Part shown: positions 56,216-64,000 of the stretch, piece by piece
Layout of the letters: the number at the start of each line of letters is the position of its first letter
How positions within the stretch are numbered: position 1 is the stretch's first letter
Assembly: GCA_041178425.1 (NCBI GenBank)
Contig: JBEGVH010000009.1
Span: forward strand, 96,001 to 160,000
Length of the DNA: 64,000 nt
Direction of reading: 5' to 3'
From: Pseudomonadota bacterium
GTDB lineage: Bacteria > Bdellovibrionota > Bdellovibrionia > Bdellovibrionales > Bdellovibrionaceae
Notes under the pieces: generated by a model
What the model was told of the DNA's origin: nothing
Seen by the model: only the letters and a program-made list of their open reading frames with translations
Databases searched by the model: none
Made by a program: the position numbers and the translations under genes

Positions 56216-58813
56216 ATGTTTAAAAGAAATCCACAATTCATCGTATACCTTAACAGTGATGGCAACCTACCGCCAATTTCTATCCACGAAAAAAAATTCG
56301 TGATTGGCAGAAAGCCTACTCATCCGGTCTCAATTCCTGATGCCAGCATTAGTAGGGATCACTTGGAAGTCATCGTTCAAGATGGCCAAATTTATGTCAT
56401 GGATCTTGAAACCTCCAATGGCACAAGAGTTGATGGAATACTCATTCCCGGAAATATTCCCACCCCGTATAGACCGGGCCAGAGCCTCTATCTAGGACAC
56501 TCAAATGTCTCAATAACCATCGAACTTTTCGAGGACCAAAAAGGAAAAACTAAATCGGCCCCAACTACACCAAGGGTCGCGGTCACCAACACAAGCCAAA
56601 CATTTGCTCAAGAGAAAAAAATCTATTCTCCACAGCCGGCAATGGTCACTCACCATCACCACGAAGAGGATGATCAGTCTCCTTCTGTTGCTCAATCGTC
56701 GAAAAAACCCGATGTAATCAAACAAAACACAAGAGGAATACAAACGGTCCAAACATCTCAATCAGCCCATCGAAATATTCCTCATGCTCCAGCCAACGAA
56801 CCGTCGTCGGCAGCCCCTCATCACAACGAAGCGACGTCCCCCTTGGGTGCTCAGAAGCCCTCTCAAGAACTTAAATCACAGGAGCTACCTCCCAACGATC
56901 TAGAAGCGCTTAAGCAGTCGGTTGCCGTCCTCATGGTTCAAATCGATCACCTTAAGGCACAGGTCATCAAACATCAAACCGACAAGATCGCGACCGAAGC
57001 CCTCTACAAGCAAGAGAGCACGCGCCTCGAAAAAATTCAAGAAGAGCTCCGAAGCGAAGAACACAAACAAAGAACAATTCGCCAAGACCTTGAAATCAAA
57101 CAAAACTTACTAAAAGAAACTGAAGAAAAGCATAAAATGCTAGTTCTTTCGAATCAGTCGCTGGTTGAAGACACAAAAGCGGCTCTCGAAAAAGCACGCT
57201 CCCGCGAAGTAGAGTTGAATGTTCTCATTGAACAAGCACGGAAAGACCATCAAGAAGCCATTGACTTTGCAAAAAATCATAGAGCCGATGCCGAATCTTA
57301 TTCAACGCAGATGCGCACCGATGCCGAGCGCTATTCGAATCAGCTAAGAACAGAAGCTGAGGTTTATGCCAAAGACACTCGCGAAGAAGCCGAGAAGTAC
57401 TCTAAGAGTGTTCGAGATGAAGCTGAAACCTATTCGAAAACCACCAGAGAAGAGGCTGATGAATGGGCCACAAGACTTCGCAGTTCAACTGACGCTGAGG
57501 TTCGCAAAAAGATTGATTCTCTCCAAGAAGAAACCAACAAGATTTTTGCTGAACGTGAACAAACCTACTTAGAGCTCAAGGCGCGACAAGAGGCTCAGCT
57601 TGAGGATATTAAAAAAGCCGAATCCACAAAGATTAAGAACGTTCAAAATCTTGATGCTACATTTAAAAAACGCACCGAAGAGCTCGAAGAAACTTATCGC
57701 ACAAGAAAAGATCAAGTAGAACGGGATTTCTATGAAAAACGTGAGATCTTGGAGCGTGAACTCTCGCAACGACGCACAAGTATGGAACGGGAGCTACTCG
57801 AAAGACGTGAAGCACTTGAAAAAGAGGCCAACGATCGACGAAGCCAAATTGAGAGCGATGCTCAAGAACTTAGAAGCATTAGGGATCGCGAGTACAAAGA
57901 ACTGAAAACCCAACAGGATGCTTACTTGATTGATGTGAGAACACGAGAAGAAGACAGACTTAAAGGAATCGTTGACGAATCAAGAAAGGTCATTAAAGAG
58001 CAATTTAGTATTAAAAATGAAAACATCAACAAGGCTTTCAATGACTATTTTGAAGAACAAATTAAATTAGCCCCCACAGAGTCTCGAGAGCAGCTACCGA
58101 AACTCCAACAGGATTTGCAGAAAATTCTCCGCGAAGCTCTGACCGAGGAATTTAGCGGCGAAGACAAGCAAATTAAACAGTTGTTTGAGTATGATCCAAA
58201 ACATCAGAAAAAACATAAAACTTTCTGGAAGCGCTTTGCAGTAACCGCCGCCATTATCGTCACGGTGGGTGGCTACCTTGTCAATAATCCGAAACAGGTC
58301 ACTGAGAGCGCCATCACTTTTTCAGAAACGGTAAACACCATCGACCAGGAGAACAAAAAAGTACAAGCGGAGTACCTCAATAAAATTAAAGAGCAAAGTG
58401 TTTATCACCCCGACCAGACTCCTAGTTTTAAGGATACCTACACAGACAACGTTCTCTTCACCAGTCGCTACGTGGAGTTTGAAAATGATGAGCAGTACAA
58501 ATCCCAATGGATTGTGGCAATCAAAGAGTACCTTACTCAAGAAGCCAAGATTCAGGACGATAAAGCAGATGAGCTTATTTCTAAAGAAGGAGCGTTGATT
58601 AACTCGCTTTCTGGTGAAGTTGCCACCATCGATGCTCGACAAGCCGACAAAGGAATCGCTCGAATGCGCGAAATCGAAATACCTTTCATAGTTCTCTTGA
58701 CCCAATCAATGAACGATGAGATCAGAAAGGGCTATCAGGAGAAGAAACAAGCTTTTTATGAGCGCTTCATTAATGATCCCGCTAAATTTCGAGGTCCCGC
58801 CCAGAGCAAATAA
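56216..58813 (+). CDS. FHA domain + long coiled coil + TM + C-terminal helical domain protein
   Basis: FHA motifs VIGR, SISRDH, DLETSNGT; 11-residue repeats; TM FAVTAAIIVTVGGYLV near aa 675. Confidence 0.85.
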   Translation: MFKRNPQFIVYLNSDGNLPPISIHEKKFVIGRKPTHPVSIPDASISRDHLEVIVQDGQIYVMDLETSNGTRVDGILIPGNIPTPYRPGQSLYLGHSNVSITIELFEDQKGKTKSAPTTPRVAVTNTSQTFAQEKKIYSPQPAMVTHHHHEEDDQSPSVAQSSKKPDVIKQNTRGIQTVQTSQSAHRNIPHAPANEPSSAAPHHNEATSPLGAQKPSQELKSQELPPNDLEALKQSVAVLMVQIDHLKAQVIKHQTDKIATEALYKQESTRLEKIQEELRSEEHKQRTIRQDLEIKQNLLKETEEKHKMLVLSNQSLVEDTKAALEKARSREVELNVLIEQARKDHQEAIDFAKNHRADAESYSTQMRTDAERYSNQLRTEAEVYAKDTREEAEKYSKSVRDEAETYSKTTREEADEWATRLRSSTDAEVRKKIDSLQEETNKIFAEREQTYLELKARQEAQLEDIKKAESTKIKNVQNLDATFKKRTEELEETYRTRKDQVERDFYEKREILERELSQRRTSMERELLERREALEKEANDRRSQIESDAQELRSIRDREYKELKTQQDAYLIDVRTREEDRLKGIVDESRKVIKEQFSIKNENINKAFNDYFEEQIKLAPTESREQLPKLQQDLQKILREALTEEFSGEDKQIKQLFEYDPKHQKKHKTFWKRFAVTAAIIVTVGGYLVNNPKQVTESAITFSETVNTIDQENKKVQAEYLNKIKEQSVYHPDQTPSFKDTYTDNVLFTSRYVEFENDEQYKSQWIVAIKEYLTQEAKIQDDKADELISKEGALINSLSGEVATIDARQADKGIARMREIEIPFIVLLTQSMNDEIRKGYQEKKQAFYERFINDPAKFRGPAQSK

Positions 58814-58846
58814 GGCCATGACCGCCATTGAATTAAAGGATAAAAA

Positions 58847-59824
58847 ATGAAGGCTTTTGATATCAGCAAAAGCCTTCTTGTTTCTTTTAGCCCTTTTGAA
58901 GGGCGATGTTTCTTTCTTAGCTTTGAGAATTACGAAGACGATTTGAAATCCGAGCTAAATCTAAATAAAAAGTGTAAAATCATCAAAACGATGGGTCGAC
59001 TTTTTCTTGTCGAAGGATGGATCCGCCCGGCACTATGGGCTCAATCCCATTGGCTTCATCCCGAAGTAACTAACATAGCTTCTATCGGCGAAGCTGCCAA
59101 ATTTTTGAAATCAACTTTTCCGCGCTGGTCGCTCTTTTCTGTTGATGCCCATCGGCGATCCCAGTTAATTTGGGAGAAGCTCCCTAGAGTCACCTCTCCA
59201 CAAATAGAGTTTTTGCAGGATTGGAATCGTAAAGATCATGGAGCCTGGACACTCGAAGATTCCAACACTCTCTGGTATAGCACCCACGTGATTCCTGCCC
59301 TTCCCATCGGAGAATTTAACTTTAAAGAGGATAAGGTGAACCCTCCATCGCGGGCCTACAATAAACTCTGGGAGCTATTCACCCTCCATGGATACAGACC
59401 AAACAAAGGGGAAAAGGTCCTCGATATGGGAAGTTGCCCCGGTGGTTGGACTTGGGTTCTTCAAGGAGTTGGTTGCCAAGTGATAAGCGTCGACAAAGCT
59501 CCAATCGATCCTAAAATCGAATCTCTTCCGCGAGTAAGGTACCTAAAAAGAGACGCTTTTGCCCTGGATCCAAAAGATGTCGGTCCGATTGACTGTTTTT
59601 TTTCAGACATTATTTGTTATCCAGAAAAGCTCCTAGAACTTGTTCAAAAATGGAGACTCTCTGGCTTCTGCCATCGGTTTGTCTGCACCATCAAATTCCG
59701 GGGAAAAACTGATTTCGAGACTCTGCAAAAATTTGCGGATATTCCAAGCTCCAAACTCATTCATCTCTCGGTCAACAAACACGAAGTCACTTGGATTTGT
59801 GGTTTTGACAATAAAGAAAACTAG
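58847..59824 (+). CDS. FtsJ-like RNA ribose methyltransferase (RlmM-like)
   Basis: PPSRAYNKLWE, DMGSCPGGWT, SDI, TIKF, HEVT (K-D-K-E type). Confidence 0.8.
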   Translation: MKAFDISKSLLVSFSPFEGRCFFLSFENYEDDLKSELNLNKKCKIIKTMGRLFLVEGWIRPALWAQSHWLHPEVTNIASIGEAAKFLKSTFPRWSLFSVDAHRRSQLIWEKLPRVTSPQIEFLQDWNRKDHGAWTLEDSNTLWYSTHVIPALPIGEFNFKEDKVNPPSRAYNKLWELFTLHGYRPNKGEKVLDMGSCPGGWTWVLQGVGCQVISVDKAPIDPKIESLPRVRYLKRDAFALDPKDVGPIDCFFSDIICYPEKLLELVQKWRLSGFCHRFVCTIKFRGKTDFETLQKFADIPSSKLIHLSVNKHEVTWICGFDNKEN

Positions 59825-59940
59825 GCGGCTAGAATCCTTTTTTCTGCATCCAGACAAGCGATTTTATTTGAATTCTATCTCTAGAGATTGCTAGACCTGG
59901 AGTATGAGGAACTTTTAAAGAGTTCCGTTGGGGAGAAAAT

Positions 59941-60834
59941 ATGCTCAAAATAAAAACTACGTCTCTTATATTCGTCATCTTTTCGTTCTACGCTGCGACC
60001 TCGATATCGCAATCCTTATTTCAACCGAATGTGATTTTCGGCGACGATAATCGACAAGAGATGTATAGCACGTCACCCTTTTGGCAACAAATCGGCCAAG
60101 GAATTGCCGGCAAAGTGTCCAATGAACACATTCAAACCTCAGGGAGTGATTATACTCTGTCTGGAACGGAGCTTAACAGACGCGTCTGCCCCACAAATAA
60201 ATTTGCCGATCAAATCACGGTTCCAAGCTGCAGTGGCTTCCTTGCCACTCCAACACACCTCATCACGGCAGGCCACTGTATCAAGAGTCAGGCTGACTGC
60301 GATAACTATACATGGGTCTTTGGGTATCAGAAGCAAAACGAAACCGATAAACAGTACACTCAAATCAAACGCGATCAGGTTTACCGTTGTAAAAAAATCC
60401 AGAGTAGAAAGTTTGAAAATTTCGGTGCGACCGATTACGCTATTATCGAATTGGACCGCCCAGTAGAAAACCGCCAGCCCCTTCAGCTTGGTTTCGATAC
60501 GGTTCCTTACCCCGGCATGCAGGTGACTAGCATGGGTCATCCACTGGGATTACCCATGAAGTTTATTGATGGTGCATCCGTTATTCAACTCGTCGATAAC
60601 AATCTCACCATTGCCACCGACCTAGATGCTTTCCAAGGAAATTCAGGCTCGCCGGTGTTCGATGCTACCACGGGGGTCGTGATTGGTATCACCTCACATG
60701 GGCATGCAGATCACATTAGGGATCCCGAGAAAAACTGCAAGATCGTTCGTGTGTGTATGCCTGGCGATAACTGCCACTTATCAGCTAATTCGAGCATTAC
60801 TAATCTTAGTGGTGAAGATGTTTTAAAAAAGTAA
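59941..60834 (+). CDS. secreted trypsin-like (S1) serine protease
   Basis: VIFGDDNR, CSGFL, TAGHC, DYAII, GNSGSP. Confidence 0.93.
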   Translation: MLKIKTTSLIFVIFSFYAATSISQSLFQPNVIFGDDNRQEMYSTSPFWQQIGQGIAGKVSNEHIQTSGSDYTLSGTELNRRVCPTNKFADQITVPSCSGFLATPTHLITAGHCIKSQADCDNYTWVFGYQKQNETDKQYTQIKRDQVYRCKKIQSRKFENFGATDYAIIELDRPVENRQPLQLGFDTVPYPGMQVTSMGHPLGLPMKFIDGASVIQLVDNNLTIATDLDAFQGNSGSPVFDATTGVVIGITSHGHADHIRDPEKNCKIVRVCMPGDNCHLSANSSITNLSGEDVLKK

Positions 60835-60844
60835 TCTCTACTTC

Positions 60845-60878
60845 AAAAGGGAACTCACAAGCCATCGAGTTCCCTTTT
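60845..60878. terminator. bidirectional Rho-independent terminator
   Basis: AAAAGGGAACTC-N10-GAGTTCCCTTTT between convergent genes. Confidence 0.88.
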
Positions 60879-60880
60879 AA

Positions 60881-62485
60881 TCAGAACTGAGTGAGGCTCA
60901 TTTTCTTTACGATTCCGTAGTAGTACTTTTGAAAACTAGCGCCATCTAAAGGCATTTTCATCATTTTTACCACCTCACTACGGCTCCATTTTTTTGATCG
61001 ATAGAGTAGGTACAATTTTTCCCCCAACATAGCTCCAAGAAGCTTGGCGGCCTCTGTAAATGTGAAATCATCATACTCCCCTTTTTTAAGCCCAAGCAGA
61101 CCACCATGGGTAAAGTAGCTCACTTCGCGAACCTTCTGATTGATAGCAAGAATTAAGATCTTACGATTCTTTCCTTTTGAGTCCGAACCAACGAGAGATT
61201 TTCTCAGATCCTCAAGGGTATTTGTTTTTCTTTTGTGATTAATGATCTTTGATCCAAAATAGGCTATCGCTTGAATCCAAATCTGACGCTCAAAATCTTT
61301 ATCTCCGGCAACATAGAGAGAGCCCCTTTTTGACAGAAAGGCATGGACCAACTCTCCCGCCAAGGCCGCTGTATGATTGACTGTAACCCTGCCTAGGTAT
61401 CCTGCCTGTAAGTGAGGAATATAAAAGCTTTTCTGTTGCGATATCCAACCTTGTACAACGAGCCACTCCGTTTTCTTAAGCTGGTCCCGGATTCTCGAAT
61501 AAAGTTGAGTGTCTTCTGCGGTATAAATTGCAGGATAAAGATCTTTGAGCTTCAACTTAAATTCGGACCCCAGAAAAACAACCAACTTTGCCACATGATC
61601 AGTGTGGTCAATATCGCCCTCCCAATCATCTATTTGCCGATCGTAAGTGTTTTCGAGAAAAAGCAAATAGCTTTGCCATTTGACCCAAGGAGGAACTGAT
61701 TGAACACAAAAATCACCGCTCCTAAGTTGCAAATACTCAAGCCTATTCTCCAGTCCGCGACTGAGAGCATGAAAATACAACTCTTCGTCGTTCTGAAAAA
61801 CCCTCTTAATTTTTTTTGCAGGAATCCCGACATTTTTTTTGATCGCGGCCGGTAGTTGTCCACTCGAAAGATGGAGATCTCCATAAATAATAACGATCTT
61901 TCTATGGGGAAAACGTCGATGAATTTTTCGCAAGCAAATAGCCGAAAAATTTTCTCTTGTTTTAATCGATTTGATTTTAGTTTGCCGGAGTCCCCAATTT
62001 ATACCAAAAAGGGGGATTTTATTTTTGATGGCCCAATCAACAATAGGCTTATAGTGTTCCCAAGGGAACCCCCATGTTTTGGCCCAGGAGATTTTTTCTA
62101 AAAAAGCTTTTTCACTGATTTTTCCGTGCCAGTAGGCATCAACGTATTTTTGATGCCTCGATTGAAAGAATTCAACAGCCAAAACGGGATAATCATCTTG
62201 AGGCCAATCTCGAAGTATCCTTAGATGTGCTCTTTGTGATTGCTGAAGAGCATGAAAGTCTCCCATTAAAATAAAGGATGCAGACTTAACCCCCAGATAG
62301 AGCTCCCCCTTCGAAATGGCTCTCCAGGATTGATTTAATTCTTTTGCGTATTTTCTCTCGAGGGGAAGAAATTCTTTCCAAGTTTCAGCCAGAAGTTTGT
62401 GCACATCGGCCTTGATTTGCAGGTACAATTTTTTTCGAATCTGCACCCATTCACGTGTTGCTTTATCAAAAAACTTAGATGACAT
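60881..62485 (-). CDS. ChaN-like domain protein with a long C-terminal extension
   Basis: ILMGDFH...LAVEFF...WGFPWEHYKPI...VIIYGDLH; no signal peptide or lipobox. Confidence 0.6.
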   Translation of the reverse strand: MSSKFFDKATREWVQIRKKLYLQIKADVHKLLAETWKEFLPLERKYAKELNQSWRAISKGELYLGVKSASFILMGDFHALQQSQRAHLRILRDWPQDDYPVLAVEFFQSRHQKYVDAYWHGKISEKAFLEKISWAKTWGFPWEHYKPIVDWAIKNKIPLFGINWGLRQTKIKSIKTRENFSAICLRKIHRRFPHRKIVIIYGDLHLSSGQLPAAIKKNVGIPAKKIKRVFQNDEELYFHALSRGLENRLEYLQLRSGDFCVQSVPPWVKWQSYLLFLENTYDRQIDDWEGDIDHTDHVAKLVVFLGSEFKLKLKDLYPAIYTAEDTQLYSRIRDQLKKTEWLVVQGWISQQKSFYIPHLQAGYLGRVTVNHTAALAGELVHAFLSKRGSLYVAGDKDFERQIWIQAIAYFGSKIINHKRKTNTLEDLRKSLVGSDSKGKNRKILILAINQKVREVSYFTHGGLLGLKKGEYDDFTFTEAAKLLGAMLGEKLYLLYRSKKWSRSEVVKMMKMPLDGASFQKYYYGIVKKMSLTQF

Positions 62486-62543
62486 TTGTACCTATTGTTT
62501 CACCCCCGGTGGTTGATTTCAATCATAATGAAGAGGTTTTAAT

Positions 62544-63740
62544 ATGCGCCGACAAACCAGCAGCACTCTCAACATGACCTTAGCCCTCATCACAAGTTTG
62601 GCCGCTCTTGCTGTTCATTTTTATCTCACTAAGCATTTTCATGAACTTCACTTAGGTCTGTCATCAGGGTCAGCGGCTTGCAATATCAATAAAACATTTA
62701 ACTGCGACGCCGTCTCTGCCTCAAACTTTTCATCCTTAGGCGGTATTCCCATTGCACTTTGGGGACTGACCACGCAAATTGTTCTCCTTATTTTAACTCT
62801 TACTTTTGTCTTAGGTCTTTCGTCGAAGAAAGACCTCGTTGGTCGTTGCGCCGCCTACCTCAGTGCTTTTATTGCTGTAGCCTCCATTGTTATGGGCGCT
62901 ATCAGCCTTGCGTTTTTGCAAGCGTACTGTCTCTTTTGCCTTTTCGCCTACGCTCTGAGTTTTGTTAATTTTTATGCGTTATGGAATCTCAATGATAGAG
63001 TGAACTTCAACAATTTGGCGAAAGACCTTAAAGACGCTGCATCTGATTTTAAGTGGATAGGAATTTTAACAGCAGGTATCGTGCCCCTCACGTTTCTGTT
63101 GAATAGCATGATTCTCGATAATTACGGAGGATCTCTCATAAAGGATGCTGCAGAATCATCCTTTTACGGATGGCAGGGTAATCCTGATAATAATTTCTCA
63201 GAAGAGGGTCTTAGCAAGGGACCAGCAGCCAATGCTCGAATGACCATCGTGGAATTCGCAGATTTTCTTTGTCCTCATTGTAAGCATGCTTATCCTAGCT
63301 TGAAGGTTTTTGCTGATTCGCACCCTGACGTTCGAGTGATCTACAAACTTTTTCCTCTGGATGGAAACTGTAATGCAGCAACCGAAATGCCTAAAGGAGA
63401 TGGCACTCGCTGTCTTTTGGCCAAGACGGCATATTGTGCAGAAAAATTAGGTCAAAAAGGCCTAGCCGTCTACGAGGCTATTTTTAATAAGCAAGAGGAG
63501 TTTCACGGTGCAGGTAATGCTGCCAATCTCGTAAAAACAATCGTCGAAGACAATGGTCTCGATAATAATAGGATGGAAGAATGCCGAAATAGCGAAGAAA
63601 CACACAATAAGATTCTACAACAGTCACAAGAGGGACTTTCGGCAAAGATCGAAGGCACACCAACCATCTTTGTAAACGGCAAACACCTGTCACGCGGGCA
63701 ACTACTTCCTGTACTACAAAGGGTTTATAATTCTCTCTAA
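62544..63740 (+). CDS. VKOR-DsbA (thioredoxin) fusion disulfide-bond formation protein
   Basis: VKOR cysteines ACNINKTFNCDAV and YCLFC; DsbA EFADFLCPHC, FPL, IEGTPTIFVNG. Confidence 0.92.
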   Translation: MRRQTSSTLNMTLALITSLAALAVHFYLTKHFHELHLGLSSGSAACNINKTFNCDAVSASNFSSLGGIPIALWGLTTQIVLLILTLTFVLGLSSKKDLVGRCAAYLSAFIAVASIVMGAISLAFLQAYCLFCLFAYALSFVNFYALWNLNDRVNFNNLAKDLKDAASDFKWIGILTAGIVPLTFLLNSMILDNYGGSLIKDAAESSFYGWQGNPDNNFSEEGLSKGPAANARMTIVEFADFLCPHCKHAYPSLKVFADSHPDVRVIYKLFPLDGNCNAATEMPKGDGTRCLLAKTAYCAEKLGQKGLAVYEAIFNKQEEFHGAGNAANLVKTIVEDNGLDNNRMEECRNSEETHNKILQQSQEGLSAKIEGTPTIFVNGKHLSRGQLLPVLQRVYNSL

Positions 63741-63764
63741 AAAGACGCACGACCTTATTGATAC

Positions 63765-64000
63765 TCAACGCCCGAGGAGCCGTAGGATTTTATCACCAAG
63801 ATTGGTAATCGTCTGGTCGACATAGATTCCAATCACTCCTCCAAAACCACCAATAATTTCTAAGACAAAACCTGCAATAGCAGTTACAACCATAGCATAA
63901 AAAAAGGCTCTTACGACCCAGAGGGTGGAACGAGAGTCTTCATTTTTGAGCCGCCCCACTTTTCGATGCATTTTGGATACTGTTTTTTGAAGTTCAACAA
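63765..64000 (-). CDS. C-terminal part of a membrane protein (5' end probably outside window)
   Basis: Frame stays open from the ORF to the window edge (VELQKTVSKMHRK...); one hydrophobic segment. Confidence 0.55.
   Translation of the reverse strand, partial: VELQKTVSKMHRKVGRLKNEDSRSTLWVVRAFFYAMVVTAIAGFVLEIIGGFGGVIGIYVDQTITNLGDKILRLLGR

Noticed and set aside
53790..58813. Canonical Zorya anti-phage system
   Set aside because: No zorC/zorD/zorE-like helicase or nuclease nearby, gene order is reversed, the A subunit lacks the long tail, and neighbours are not defence genes.
335..63768. Numerous 60-190 aa ORFs antisense to or nested within well-supported genes
   Set aside because: No recognisable motifs; explained as shadow frames of real genes.

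Overview
Ordinary chromosomal DNA from a Gram-negative bacterium, most likely Bdellovibrionota. This is inferred from an FQNC-type lipoprotein signal, many secreted hydrolases, a peripheral-arm-only nuo cluster and sigma28-like promoters. Housekeeping blocks: hrpB (5' truncated), lgt, ppa, arfB, pheS-pheT-ihfA-tRNA-Pro(GGG), rsmG/trmH, tnaA, nuoB-CD-E-F-G-I, macAB-like, cysteine desulfurase-mnmA-mtaB-rnc-era-der plus an NSS transporter, and a VKOR-DsbA fusion. Downstream of tRNA-Pro lies a RAYT/Y1 HUH transposase bracketed by an inverted 12-bp motif (GGGGACGGAGTC), followed by an exbB-exbD-tonB-TBDR-lipoprotein operon and orphan secreted proteins. The best candidate for an undescribed system is 53744-58813, a three-gene unit behind a near-consensus sigma28 promoter. 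It encodes (i) a MotB/ZorB-like protein with a ~260-aa coiled-coil spacer before an OmpA-like domain, (ii) a short-tailed MotA/ZorA-like protein and (iii) a membrane-anchored FHA protein with 11-residue coiled-coil repeats. This looks like a Zorya-type ion motor with no Zorya effectors and no flagellar or TonB context. No CRISPR array, rRNA, prophage or integrase was seen. All calls come from motif recognition by eye; no database searches were run.
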